From Kiritimatiellia bacterium (lineage in GTDB: Bacteria; Verrucomicrobiota; Kiritimatiellia; RFP12; UBA1067): a DNA stretch of 50,067 bases. The notes under the pieces were generated by a model. The model saw only the letters and a list, made by a program, of their open reading frames with translations. It was not told the DNA's origin and did not search any database. Numbering within the stretch: position 1 is the stretch's first letter; each line of letters begins with the position of its first letter. This document shows positions 21,276 through 31,020 of the stretch, one piece after another. The translations under genes were made by a program, and so were the position numbers. The stretch covers positions 1 to 50,067 of the forward strand of contig JBMNFY010000013.1 of NCBI GenBank assembly GCA_050949565.1. Reading direction: 5' to 3'.

Positions 21276-22070
21276 ATGAGGTGCAAAGCGGTATTGGCGG
21301 GCATGGTATGTGCGGCAGGGTTGGCGGGTCTGGGCGCTAAAGCGCAGGAAGCGACCGGACCGCGCGAGTGGATTCAGATCAAGACCTATGTCTGCGGCAA
21401 CGTGGCAAAGCGGGAGGCGCTGGTGCAGGTTTTTGACCGGGCATTGATTCCCGCATTGAACCGTCAGGGTATCCGCAAGGTCGGCGTGTTTTGGTCAGAT
21501 GCCGAGGTGAATGACGGCAACGCCGCCTATGAGACCCGGGTTGTCGTGGTGATCCCGCATCCGGACGGCGCCTCGTTTGCCGGGATGGATGATCGGCTGC
21601 TGGCGGACGCGCAGTACATGAAGGATGCCGCGCCGCTCTTCAGCGCGCCGATGGCCGATCCGTTGTACGACTCCTGTTCAAGCGCGCTATTGCGCGGCTT
21701 CGCAACCTGTCCGCAGGTGCGGCAGGTGACCGACGCGCCGGAACGTTTACTGCAGCTCCGCATTTACAACAGTTACACGATTGAGCGCAACGCCAAGAAG
21801 ATCGCGATGTTCGAAGGCGGTGGCGAATTGGCCATCTTCCGTACGTGCGGCATGGAGCCGGTCTTTTTCGGCCAGGGGCTGGCAGGCGACCAATTGCCCA
21901 ACCTCACCTACATGTTAGGGTTTGCCGACAAAGCGGCCAAAGTGGCAGCGTGGAAAACCTTTGTCAACCATCCGGACTGGAAGAAGCTCAAGGTGGATCC
22001 GCAATACAAGGACACGGCAAACAAGATCACCAACATCCTGCTGCGCCCGTCCAAAGGCTCGCAACTGTAG
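21276..22070 (+). CDS. NIPSNAP-family protein, exported
   Basis: AAGGAG RBS, signal peptide, LQLRIYNS...PNLTYML...AWKTFVNHPDWKKL...ILLRPSKGSQL. Confidence 0.85.
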   Translation: MRCKAVLAGMVCAAGLAGLGAKAQEATGPREWIQIKTYVCGNVAKREALVQVFDRALIPALNRQGIRKVGVFWSDAEVNDGNAAYETRVVVVIPHPDGASFAGMDDRLLADAQYMKDAAPLFSAPMADPLYDSCSSALLRGFATCPQVRQVTDAPERLLQLRIYNSYTIERNAKKIAMFEGGGELAIFRTCGMEPVFFGQGLAGDQLPNLTYMLGFADKAAKVAAWKTFVNHPDWKKLKVDPQYKDTANKITNILLRPSKGSQL

Positions 22071-22082
22071 GGAGAGAGGCGG

Positions 22083-22760
22083 TCACTCGTTTAGCTTGCA
22101 GAGCGCGCAGCTACGGCAATTAAGCTCCAGCGGCAGAGGCGCGGGTGCGCCCGCGCGTCGGGCGGCCACCGCCTGCATGTGGTTCATCAGTGCGAGGATC
22201 AGACCCAGCGTGATAAATCCGCCGGCTGGCAGGATAACGAGCACCATCGTGTTGTGATGAATATTCGTGAGCGCCCAATCGCCCCAGAGCGTGATTGAAC
22301 CGTTGCCGAAAAACTCGCGCACAATGGCGATGATGCTCAGCGACAGCGTAAAGCCTAGGCCCATGCCCAAACCATCTGCCATGCTGTAAAGCACTCCGTT
22401 TTTCGAGGCGTAGGCTTCGGCACGACCGAGGATGATGCAGTTCACTACAATCAGCGGAATGAAGATGCCTAGGCTGTCGGCAAGGGCCGGCGTGTAGGCC
22501 TGCATCAGGAGGTCCACGACCTGCACGAAGGCCGCGATCACCACGATGTAGCACGGAATGCGCACCGCAGACGGGATGACATTACGCAGGGCCGATATGG
22601 CAGCGTTTGAACAGATCAGCACAAAGATACACGCCACCCCCATGCCCAAGGCGTTCTCCAAGGAGGTCGTTAATGCCAGCGTGGGGCACATGCCCAGCAC
22701 CAGGCGAAAAGTGGGGTTCTCTTTAATGATACCGCGGGTTACTTCTGAAATCAGGCTCAT
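22083..22760 (-). CDS. rnfE: Rnf/Rsx electron transport complex subunit E
   Basis: ENPTFRLVLGMCPTLA, VRIPCYIVVIA, FIPLIVVNCIILGRAEA, LPAGGFITLG. Confidence 0.9.
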   Translation of the reverse strand: MSLISEVTRGIIKENPTFRLVLGMCPTLALTTSLENALGMGVACIFVLICSNAAISALRNVIPSAVRIPCYIVVIAAFVQVVDLLMQAYTPALADSLGIFIPLIVVNCIILGRAEAYASKNGVLYSMADGLGMGLGFTLSLSIIAIVREFFGNGSITLWGDWALTNIHHNTMVLVILPAGGFITLGLILALMNHMQAVAARRAGAPAPLPLELNCRSCALCKLNE

Positions 22761-22835
22761 GATACAATGTCTCTCAAGTTGAAGGCCATTAGTATGCCGC
22801 AACGCGCGGCCGAATGCAATGCAAAGGAGAAATCA

Positions 22836-25019
22836 ATGACAGAGAAAACAATTAAATCGGTCGTTTCACGGTTGCATACAGGGATTGGCTTGATCGCGGT
22901 GTTGCTCACACACGCACTCTGTGCCGCTCCGCGTCCAGATATTGTGATCGCGGATTTCGAAGGCACGGATTACGGTGCCTGGCAGGTAGAGGGTACGGCA
23001 TTCGGCAAAGCGCCAGCCCGAGGCACGCTGCCAGGCCAGATGCATGTGTCCGGGTTCAAAGGCAAGGGTCTCGTCAATTCGTTCAGCGGCGGTGATAAGA
23101 CAACTGGGCTCTTGACCTCACCGATCTTCGTGATTGAGCGGAAACACATCTCCTTCCTGATCGGCGGTGGCGGATGGCCGGGCAAAACCTGCATCAACCT
23201 GCTCGTGGACGGAAAAGTGGTCCGCACGGCCACCGGCCCAAACCTCAAACCCGGCGGCAGCGAAGAACTTGAACTGGCAAGCTGGGATGTCGCGGATCTG
23301 GAGGGCCGGGCCGCGTGCATCCAGATCGTGGACAACGCCACAGGCGGCTGGGGACATATCAACATCGACCAGATCGCCGCATGTGACACCCCCCCACTCC
23401 TACCGCAGAAAAACGTGACGCGCGACCTCACCGCCGACAAACGCTGGCTCCTGCTACCGGTCAAAAATGGCGGCGCCAAAACCCGGATGGAACTGCGCGA
23501 TGGCGCGGAAACGTTGCGCTTTTTCGATATTGAGTTGGCCGACGACGAACCCGATTGGTGGGCACCGCTCGATCTCGCCGCATGGACAGGGCGGCGGCTC
23601 ACGCTTTGGGCGGAGAAGTTGCCGGGCGACTCACGAGGACTCGCGGCGGTCAAGCTGTCAGATGAGGCGTTCCCCGCTGAGGGCCTCTACCGCGAGCCCT
23701 TGCGTCCGCAGCTTCACGTCTCGCCGCGTCGCGGCTGGAACAACGATCCGAACGGACTGGTCTATTACAACGGCGAGTACCACCTCTTTTTCCAACATAA
23801 TCCCTACGGTGTCAACTGGGGCAACATGCATTGGGGGCACGCAGTTTCCAAAGACCTCGTGCAATGGACCGAACTTGGCGAAGCACTCTATCCCGACGCA
23901 CTGGGCCCCATGTACAGCGGCAGCGCAGTGGTTGACCACGCCAACACCAGCGGCTTCGGCCGTGACGGACGCGCACCGCTGGTGCTGATCTACACGGCGG
24001 CTGGCAACCCCGCCACCCAATGTATCGCCTACAGTCTCGACGGCAGGACATTCACCAAGTTCGAAGGGAATCCGGTCGTGACCAATATCACTCCCGGCAA
24101 CCGGGACCCCAAGGTCTTCTGGCACACGCCCACCCGCCGCTGGATCATGGCGCTCTACGTGGGCTATCCAGAGAAACGCCACACGGTCGAACTTCTGGCG
24201 TCGTCCAACCTGCGGGAGTGGGCCCGTCTCTCGACCGTCGAGGGCGACATTGGCGGCGGTTCTTATCTGTACGAGTGTCCCGACCTCTTCGAACTCGCCG
24301 TTGCGGATTCATCCGAGAAGCAGTGGGTGCTCTTCGGTGCCGACGGCCAATACGCCGTGGGCACTTTCGACGGAAGCACCTTCAAGCCGACAACGGAACG
24401 GCTACGCGGCCACTGGGGCTCGATTTACTACGCCGCCCAAACCTTCGACAATGTGCCGCAAGGACGCCGTATTCTGATCCCGTGGCTACGAGCCTCGTCG
24501 CCCGGCATGCCCTTTAATCAATGCTTGGGACTCCCTCAGGAGTTGGGACTTGCCCGCACAGCGGAAGGAGTGAAACTGACTCGCCACCCCGTTGCTGAAC
24601 TGACCGCGCTGCGCGAGCGCACAGCCGCATTCGGGCCGTTCGAAGCCGCAGCCGGCACAAGCCAACCGCTGACCGACCTCCGCGCCGAACTGCTGGAGCT
24701 ACATATCGTCTGCTCGCTCTCACCGGATGCAGATGTGATGTTCAACGTACTGGGCATCCCGCTTCGCTACCATGCCACCCAGCAGGAGCTGACACTCGTC
24801 ACACACAAGACGACGTGGCCGATCAAGGACGGCAAATTGGCGCTGATCCTGTTCGTCGACCGCACCTGCGTCGAACTCTTCTCACAGGACGGTCTGATGT
24901 ACGCGCCGGTCGCGGCGATCGCGGATCCGAAACTGGAGACGGTGACATGGACCGTCGTGGCGGGGCAGGCGAAGGCTGTACGCGGCAGCGCACACGCCCT
25001 GCGCTCGATCTGGCCGTAA
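22836..25019 (+). CDS. GH32 beta-fructosidase/levanase with N-terminal extra domains
   Basis: WNNDPNG (nucleophile), HWGHAVS, RDP and YECP catalytic motifs. AAGGAG RBS. Confidence 0.93.
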   Translation: MTEKTIKSVVSRLHTGIGLIAVLLTHALCAAPRPDIVIADFEGTDYGAWQVEGTAFGKAPARGTLPGQMHVSGFKGKGLVNSFSGGDKTTGLLTSPIFVIERKHISFLIGGGGWPGKTCINLLVDGKVVRTATGPNLKPGGSEELELASWDVADLEGRAACIQIVDNATGGWGHINIDQIAACDTPPLLPQKNVTRDLTADKRWLLLPVKNGGAKTRMELRDGAETLRFFDIELADDEPDWWAPLDLAAWTGRRLTLWAEKLPGDSRGLAAVKLSDEAFPAEGLYREPLRPQLHVSPRRGWNNDPNGLVYYNGEYHLFFQHNPYGVNWGNMHWGHAVSKDLVQWTELGEALYPDALGPMYSGSAVVDHANTSGFGRDGRAPLVLIYTAAGNPATQCIAYSLDGRTFTKFEGNPVVTNITPGNRDPKVFWHTPTRRWIMALYVGYPEKRHTVELLASSNLREWARLSTVEGDIGGGSYLYECPDLFELAVADSSEKQWVLFGADGQYAVGTFDGSTFKPTTERLRGHWGSIYYAAQTFDNVPQGRRILIPWLRASSPGMPFNQCLGLPQELGLARTAEGVKLTRHPVAELTALRERTAAFGPFEAAAGTSQPLTDLRAELLELHIVCSLSPDADVMFNVLGIPLRYHATQQELTLVTHKTTWPIKDGKLALILFVDRTCVELFSQDGLMYAPVAAIADPKLETVTWTVVAGQAKAVRGSAHALRSIWP

Positions 25020-25029
25020 ACCGCAACGG

Positions 25030-25704
25030 TCACGGCGTCTGGAGTAGGCCGTCGCGCAGTTCGAGCACGCGGTCACAGAGGGCAGCGGTCTCGGGCGAAT
25101 GGGTGACCATGACCAGCGAGAGCGCCCGTGAGTGGGAGAGCCCGAAGAGCAGTTCCATGATCTGCGCGCCGGTCGTGCGATCAAGGTTGCCAGTAGGTTC
25201 GTCGGCCAGAATCAGGGCCGGATCGGTAATGAGCGCACGCGCCAGCGCCACGCGTTGCTGCTCGCCACCGGAAAGTTCGAGCGGCATGTGGCAGGCGCGG
25301 TCGGCCAGCCCCACCTGATCAAGCAACATCAACGCGCGCTTGCGTATCTGACGACGCGGGAGGTGCGTCACGCCAGTCATGGCTGGCAGCATGACGTTCT
25401 CGGTCACATCCATCTCAGGAAGCAGGTGGTAAGACTGGAAGACGAAGCCGATCTTGGCGGCGCGCAATGCGGTGCGGCGGCGTTGCGAGAGCGCATAGAG
25501 CGGCTGGCCGTCGATACGCACCTCGCCCGCGTTGGGCCGGTCAAGCCCACCCAACACATGCAGCAGCGTGCTTTTGCCCGCACCGCTGCGGCCGACGATG
25601 GCGACGCACTCGCCCTGGGCCACGTGCAGTGCGGCGCCTTTCAGCACCTCGACCCGTTTGCGGGGCAACTTGTAGGTTTTGTGAAGATCGGTTGCTTCGA
25701 GCAT
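25030..25704 (-). CDS. lolD: Lipoprotein-releasing ABC transporter ATP-binding protein
   Basis: GRSGAGKST, LSGGEQQRVALARAL, LADEPTGNLD, VTH. Start overlaps the permease stop (TGATG). Confidence 0.88.
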   Translation of the reverse strand: MLEATDLHKTYKLPRKRVEVLKGAALHVAQGECVAIVGRSGAGKSTLLHVLGGLDRPNAGEVRIDGQPLYALSQRRRTALRAAKIGFVFQSYHLLPEMDVTENVMLPAMTGVTHLPRRQIRKRALMLLDQVGLADRACHMPLELSGGEQQRVALARALITDPALILADEPTGNLDRTTGAQIMELLFGLSHSRALSLVMVTHSPETAALCDRVLELRDGLLQTP

Positions 25705-26927
25705 CACTCTTTCCTCAGGGCGGTGACCGGGTCCATGCGCGCGGCACGCCACGCCGGCAGGAAACTGGCCACGGTACAGAAAAGAATCACAGACACAGCC
25801 ACGCTGGCCACCTCGCTTGGAACCACGCGCCACGGGATTTCGGCCAGTCCGTAGATGCTTTTCGGGAAGACCTCGACACCGAGGCGCGCCAACATATCAA
25901 CCAACTCATGCAGGTTCTCTAGGATCAGTAACGCGGCACCGATACCGAGCACAGTGCCGATCAGGCACTGAATCCAGCCGTGCAGCACAAAGGCCCCCAT
26001 CACCTGACGCGAGGAGAAGCCGAGTGCCTTGAGCAGGCCGATCTCATCGGTCTTCTGCACGGTCAGCACGATCAGCGTGTTGGTCACGCAGAAGATCGCG
26101 ACCACAGTGATGAACATCAGGAGGATCACCATCATGTTCTTCTCTACTGCAAGGGCAGTAAAGAGTTGGCTGTCGATCTCCTGCCAGGTACGCACGGAGT
26201 AGACCGGAACGCGTGTGCGCACGTCGTTCACGATGCGGGTGAAAACGGCGGTGTTCTGGGGATCTTTCACCTTGAGGTGGATCGAGTAAACACCGGAGCG
26301 CATACCCATCAGGTCGCGCGCGACGGCAATGGAGGTGATGATGAAGCCGGAGTCGAAGTCACGTTGGCCGGAGTCGTAGATACCGGTGACCGTGAGGCGT
26401 TCGGGGAAGTAGACCTCGTCTTTCGTGACGAGGTTCATGGGCGAGTAAACCAAAATGTCGGTACCGACGCCGACGCCAAGTTCAGCGGCAAGGTCAACGC
26501 CCAACACCACGGCATCACCCTCAAGGGAAAACTCGCCGGCCACGAGGGAGTCAAGCTTCATGATCTGACGCGCGCGCTGCGGGTCGGTACCGATCAACAA
26601 CGGGGCAACGACACGGCGGCGGTGCTCGACCAGCACGCGTGTCTCAAGTCCGGGCGAGGCGGCGATGACGCCGGGGACCTCCTCCAAGTTTCGGCAGACC
26701 TCATCCTCGTGCTCGATCACACCGCCATTGCCCGTGATGGTGATGTGCGGCTTGAAATCGAGAATCTTCTCCTGCCACATGTCCCCGAAGCCGGTCATCA
26801 CCGCGCGCACGATGATGATGATGGCAACGCCCAGAACCACGCCAAGGATAGAGATCAACGTGACGACCGAGGTAAAAGAGCGCTTCGGCCGCAGATATTT
26901 CAGGGCAAGAAAGAGGGAAAAGGGCAT
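25704..26927 (-). CDS. Lipoprotein-releasing ABC transporter permease LolC/E family
   Basis: LKYLRPKR...ISILGVVLGV...VMTGF, EIGLLKALG, PAWRAARMDPVTALR. Confidence 0.9.
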   Translation of the reverse strand: MPFSLFLALKYLRPKRSFTSVVTLISILGVVLGVAIIIIVRAVMTGFGDMWQEKILDFKPHITITGNGGVIEHEDEVCRNLEEVPGVIAASPGLETRVLVEHRRRVVAPLLIGTDPQRARQIMKLDSLVAGEFSLEGDAVVLGVDLAAELGVGVGTDILVYSPMNLVTKDEVYFPERLTVTGIYDSGQRDFDSGFIITSIAVARDLMGMRSGVYSIHLKVKDPQNTAVFTRIVNDVRTRVPVYSVRTWQEIDSQLFTALAVEKNMMVILLMFITVVAIFCVTNTLIVLTVQKTDEIGLLKALGFSSRQVMGAFVLHGWIQCLIGTVLGIGAALLILENLHELVDMLARLGVEVFPKSIYGLAEIPWRVVPSEVASVAVSVILFCTVASFLPAWRAARMDPVTALRKE

Positions 26928-26957
26928 GGGGGAAGATCAGTGCATTAGTTAATTCAA

Positions 26958-27194
26958 TCTCACACAAAGGCTACGAAGGCCACAAAGTTTTCCATTTTTG
27001 CGCACTACCCAGCTGCCGCCCAGCACTTGTCGCCGGGCTTGCGAAGCGCAGGGAGGGGCAAGCGTCTGCTTGCCCGCGGACGAGCGACGCTCGTCCCTCC
27101 CGGTGCTCTGCGAAGGAACCTGTGTCCATCTGTGAATAAAAACCCGAGCAGTGCTCCCAAAAAACCTCAGTGCCCTTTGTGCCTTCGTGTGAGA
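26958..27194. repeat. Nested intergenic palindromic repeat complex (REP/MITE-like)
   Basis: Outer inverted repeat TCTCACACAAAGGC (26958) / GCCTTCGTGTGAGA (ends 27194). Inner hairpins GGGCAAGC-GCTTGCCC and GGACGAGCG-CGCTCGTCC at 27051-27101. Confidence 0.65.
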
Positions 27195-27242
27195 AACAAC
27201 CTGTATTTTATTGGCCTTGTCGGCCGATAACGCACCAATGAA

Positions 27243-28958
27243 CTACAGATTTCCAGTATCGATCGGGATGTCTTCGTCGTCGAGCGAGGTCGCCACGATC
27301 TCATCTTCAACCATCACGGCCTCCTTACTGGTGGTCGGGAGGTAGCGGTAGTAGACCATGAGTTGAAGGGCGGTCAGACAGGTATCCATCACCGGACGGT
27401 CGGAATGGGAGTCAGCATTCTCCCACCAGCCAATGTCGCGGTCGACACCTTTCACGTCCTTGATGGCCTTCTCCTCGATCTGCTGCGCCTTGACATAGCG
27501 CGGTTTCATGGCCTTGTTCCAGTTGTCCCAATGCCTGCCGCCCTGGTGGAACTTGCACTGGGTGGCGTAGTAGAAGTAGTACTGCGGCGATGCCGTGTAG
27601 AACCTGCGCTCCTCTTCGGGGACCTTGGGAGCCAACCTGCTCTTGGCAGTGGCGAATGCGGAAGACCCCTCTTTGACATCCTCCTTCTTGATGTTTTTCA
27701 TTTCAGCGGCAACGGGCGCATATTGGGAGAAAGTGGGCGTCCAAGTACCGATAACGTCGAGTGCCTTTTTCACTTCGCTCTCGTTCGATGCTCCCAAGAG
27801 CTGCATGCCGAGGCAGCCGACACTGGTGAGACCGCCGGTGCCAGGGCTGGTATAACCAAAGCCGCCGGAGGGATGGGCATTTGCCTTGAAGCCCTTGACG
27901 GCGAGCTTCATGGCCTTTTCGAGACCATCTGCCTGGATTCTGGCGAGGTTGGCGGCTTTCAGTGCTTGGGCGCACCAGCCCATGAACGAGGTATCGTCAC
28001 GGTATTTGCCGTTGGCCTCCGGATTGGGATTCATCTTATAGGTCCAGCCGCCCGTGGGATGCTGGCCTTTGATGATCGGCACGAGTGCCTTTTCGGCGGC
28101 GGCCTTGACGTTCGGATTAAGGGTCATGCCATAGGCTTCGCACAGCGCATAGGTGGCGATCGGGTGGGCGTATTCATTGCCGTCCATACCGTTGAACTTA
28201 CCATCCGCGCGCTGGTTCTTGAGCAGGAACTCCAGCGCCTTCTGCACAGTTTCGCCGAACTCCTGAGAGTCGCCGGGCTTTTCACCATGGGCCAAGAAGG
28301 AGAGGACCACAAGGCCGGTCATGGCGACCTTCTGCCGCGACCAAGACCCATCAGGTTGTTGATTCTTCTTGAGCCAGCGCAACGCACGCATGACGGCCTC
28401 TTCCGTCTGCGGATCGCCACCGAACTGGGCAATTCTCACGCCACGTGTGCCAGTGTCGCGGGTGGTGCCGAAGATGTTCTTGAGGATGACGGGGCTCTTG
28501 ATCGCCATCACCGCATTGATTGTCTGCGGCTGGTAACTTACCTGTTGCTCGGAGACGGGCGCAGCGGAGACCTGAACATCCGGGCTAACGACCGGGATAT
28601 CGATGTCCAAAGTCTCGAACTGTTGATCCTCGGGCTTTTCAAACTCTTGGACGATCTCAAGCTCCTTGAACTCTTCGGCCTCAAGCACTTGGGTCTCAAT
28701 AATACGGTCCTCAATCGCCGCGCCACTGGACATGACGATCAGCAACCCGACTGCAACCGCCGGCAGAAGCACTGCGGCGATTGGTGCGGAGAGACGTTGC
28801 ATCTCGATCATCGCAGCCTTATACTCACGGGACTGACGCGGTGCCTTAAGCCCGCCGAACAACACATTGAGACGCCTCAACAGAGTCTCATTGCTGTACT
28901 TCCGCTCAATTGCTTTGAGATTGGCATCTATTTGTTCCATATCAATGCGGTCATTCAT
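27243..28958 (-). CDS. Membrane-anchored prenyltransferase/squalene-oxidase-repeat (alpha/alpha toroid) protein
   Basis: GAGGAGG RBS, one TM helix, acidic linker, and QW-like repeats ALRWLKKNQQPDGSW, LLKNQRADGKF, QHPTGGWTY, HPSGGFGY. Confidence 0.8.
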   Translation of the reverse strand: MNDRIDMEQIDANLKAIERKYSNETLLRRLNVLFGGLKAPRQSREYKAAMIEMQRLSAPIAAVLLPAVAVGLLIVMSSGAAIEDRIIETQVLEAEEFKELEIVQEFEKPEDQQFETLDIDIPVVSPDVQVSAAPVSEQQVSYQPQTINAVMAIKSPVILKNIFGTTRDTGTRGVRIAQFGGDPQTEEAVMRALRWLKKNQQPDGSWSRQKVAMTGLVVLSFLAHGEKPGDSQEFGETVQKALEFLLKNQRADGKFNGMDGNEYAHPIATYALCEAYGMTLNPNVKAAAEKALVPIIKGQHPTGGWTYKMNPNPEANGKYRDDTSFMGWCAQALKAANLARIQADGLEKAMKLAVKGFKANAHPSGGFGYTSPGTGGLTSVGCLGMQLLGASNESEVKKALDVIGTWTPTFSQYAPVAAEMKNIKKEDVKEGSSAFATAKSRLAPKVPEEERRFYTASPQYYFYYATQCKFHQGGRHWDNWNKAMKPRYVKAQQIEEKAIKDVKGVDRDIGWWENADSHSDRPVMDTCLTALQLMVYYRYLPTTSKEAVMVEDEIVATSLDDEDIPIDTGNL

Positions 28959-29116
28959 GATGGCCTCCTCTCGTGTCATACCGGAAAGCTAACGGTCAGC
29001 ATCCGAGCCTATACGGCACCGTCGGACACGACCCCACCTTCCGCGCCTAATTATGCGGGGGATGACGAAAAGTGTCAACCCCGAAAATCAAGAAAAAACT
29101 ATTCGTGCAAGCAGTC

Positions 29117-29524
29117 TTACAAGGTAAAGATCGACAGGTTGGTCATACCGTGCTTGTTGCAGATATCCAGCGCCTGAACAAGGAAAGCATGCGGCGAATT
29201 CTTCGTACACTTGATGACGACCATAGCGGTCTTGCTGTAACCCGAGAAACGCTCAATGCCGCGGTCCAACTCCGGCAGACGCATCGGACGACCATTCAGG
29301 AGAAAACCCTCGGCTGCCACGACGACAGTGATCAGATTGGGGTCTCTGATTTTTGTTTCCTCGTCCGTGCTCGCCGCCGGGCGGGCGGCTGTCAACTTGG
29401 AGAGGATGTCCTCTTGCTTCAACGTCACGACAAAGAAGATCAGGAGCTGAAACACGACATCAATCATCGCCGTCATATCGAGTTTCGGGGTTTCGCCTTT
29501 GTTCCGTTCGCGCTTTCTAGCCAT
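29117..29524 (-). CDS. exbD: ExbD/TolR-family biopolymer transport protein
   Basis: LDMTAMIDVVFQLLIFFVVT motif. Confidence 0.88.
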   Translation of the reverse strand: MARKRERNKGETPKLDMTAMIDVVFQLLIFFVVTLKQEDILSKLTAARPAASTDEETKIRDPNLITVVVAAEGFLLNGRPMRLPELDRGIERFSGYSKTAMVVIKCTKNSPHAFLVQALDICNKHGMTNLSIFTL

Positions 29525-29534
29525 GGGTCGCCTC

Positions 29535-29966
29535 CTATTCTTTCGCCTTGTGTTCTTGGACCGCAAGGAACGACAATTTCCAGATGCCTGCCCCGGTACA
29601 AATATCCATCACCCTACGCACTTCCTCATGCCGTGCACGGCGGTCGGCACGGATTAGCACGGGAAATTCGTAGCCATGACGGCCGATCCGGTTATTGATG
29701 ATCGTCCTGAGCATGGACGGCGTCAGGGTGGCGTTGTGGATTGAGATTCGTCCGCGACGGTCCACCTCGATTTCGAGGGTACTGGGCGGCATGTTGTCCT
29801 GTGTCAGCGTCACACCGTGCTTACCATCTTCAAGGATGATATCAGGATTGACGTCCGATGACAGCTTCAGCGTGACGACAAAGAAAATAATCAACTGAAA
29901 CACGACGTCGATCATCGGCGTCATGTCGATATCGCACTGTTCTGATGATGAAGAGCGCCTAGCCAT
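29535..29966 (-). CDS. exbD: ExbD/TolR-family biopolymer transport protein
   Basis: IDMTPMIDVVFQLIIFFVVT and VLIRADRRA motifs. Confidence 0.9.
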   Translation of the reverse strand: MARRSSSSEQCDIDMTPMIDVVFQLIIFFVVTLKLSSDVNPDIILEDGKHGVTLTQDNMPPSTLEIEVDRRGRISIHNATLTPSMLRTIINNRIGRHGYEFPVLIRADRRARHEEVRRVMDICTGAGIWKLSFLAVQEHKAKE

Positions 29967-30131
29967 GGCATTCAATCCTGTCTGCGGGTGTCCCGCGCAA
30001 AAATCTCATCTTCAGGCCCTTCCGGTAAACCGCTCGGTCGGCGCTCGGGCCATGCACCGACTTCTCGGCGAGTAAAGACCGGACAGAGCCAAACACCGGA
30101 GCGCAGGCTCTGTCCGCCGCGTCGCCGCGGA

Positions 30132-30938
30132 TCACTCGCTCACGACCTCGACGTTACGCAGGTCCTTGATCAGCTCCATAGTCATCGCCTCCATGCGCAG
30201 AATCAGACGGTTGGCGTTGTTACGGATGCTGTAATAGAAGGTGATGGCTGGAATGGCGATAGCCAGTCCGCCGGCGGTCGTCCAAAGCGCCTGTGAAATG
30301 GCGAGCGCCAGAGCGCCGACGTCAGGGGCACCGGTAGCCAGCGTGGCAAACGCCATAATCATGCCTTGCACGGTTCCGAGCAGACCGAGCATCGGAGAGA
30401 GGTTGGAGCAGACTGAGATCCAGGTGAGACGCTGCATGATGCGCTCGGTCTCAAGGTCCGCCGCTGCGGTGATCGCCTCTTGGATAACCTCGAAGCCCTC
30501 CTCCACGTGCGAGAAACCAGCCGAGAGGATATTGGCCATGGGGCCGGGCTCGCTCTCGCAGGCATGTAGCGCCTTCATCACATCGCCCTCGGCCATCGCG
30601 CCCTTGACTTTGTTGATCAGCGTCTGCGGCATGATCTTCTGCGGGCGGATCAGGATCGAGCTATCGACGATGAAGTAGATCGCGGCCGCGCCGCAACCGA
30701 AGAGCGCCGCCCACAGGATCACGCCGACCACACCGGAGCCGAACACCACAGCAAAGAAGCCGGTACTACTCTTTGCTTTCTTAGCCGCTGCCGCCGCACC
30801 ATCCGTCGCCACAACTTCTGCCGTCGCCGGAGCGCCGCCTTCTGCCGGTGCCGCCGCCGGAGCTGCGTCCTGAGCCAGCGCCGTGCCCACCGCCAAACCT
30901 GCCACCATCACTGCCGACATGACCAGTCTTTTCATCAT
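30132..30938 (-). CDS. MotA/TolQ/ExbB proton channel family protein
   Basis: SPMLGLLGTVQGMI, ISQALWTTAGGLAIAIP. Signal-like N-terminus after GAGAGG RBS. Confidence 0.92.
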   Translation of the reverse strand: MMKRLVMSAVMVAGLAVGTALAQDAAPAAAPAEGGAPATAEVVATDGAAAAAKKAKSSTGFFAVVFGSGVVGVILWAALFGCGAAAIYFIVDSSILIRPQKIMPQTLINKVKGAMAEGDVMKALHACESEPGPMANILSAGFSHVEEGFEVIQEAITAAADLETERIMQRLTWISVCSNLSPMLGLLGTVQGMIMAFATLATGAPDVGALALAISQALWTTAGGLAIAIPAITFYYSIRNNANRLILRMEAMTMELIKDLRNVEVVSE

Positions 30939-31020
30939 TACCTCTCGCGTTGTTACCTTTTTGTTCAAGTTAGTTTCGTAGACTAACAAAATCCGTTTGA
31001 CGTGTACTCCGAGCCCTACT

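Noticed and set aside
27243-28958. Squalene-hopene cyclase
   Set aside because: Single toroid with QW-like repeats only, no DxDD motif, and an N-terminal membrane anchor.
30081-30116. Hairpin GGACAGAGCC/GGCTCTGTCC between exbB and exbD as a terminator or ncRNA
   Set aside because: No U-tract on the coding strand. At most an mRNA-stability hairpin.
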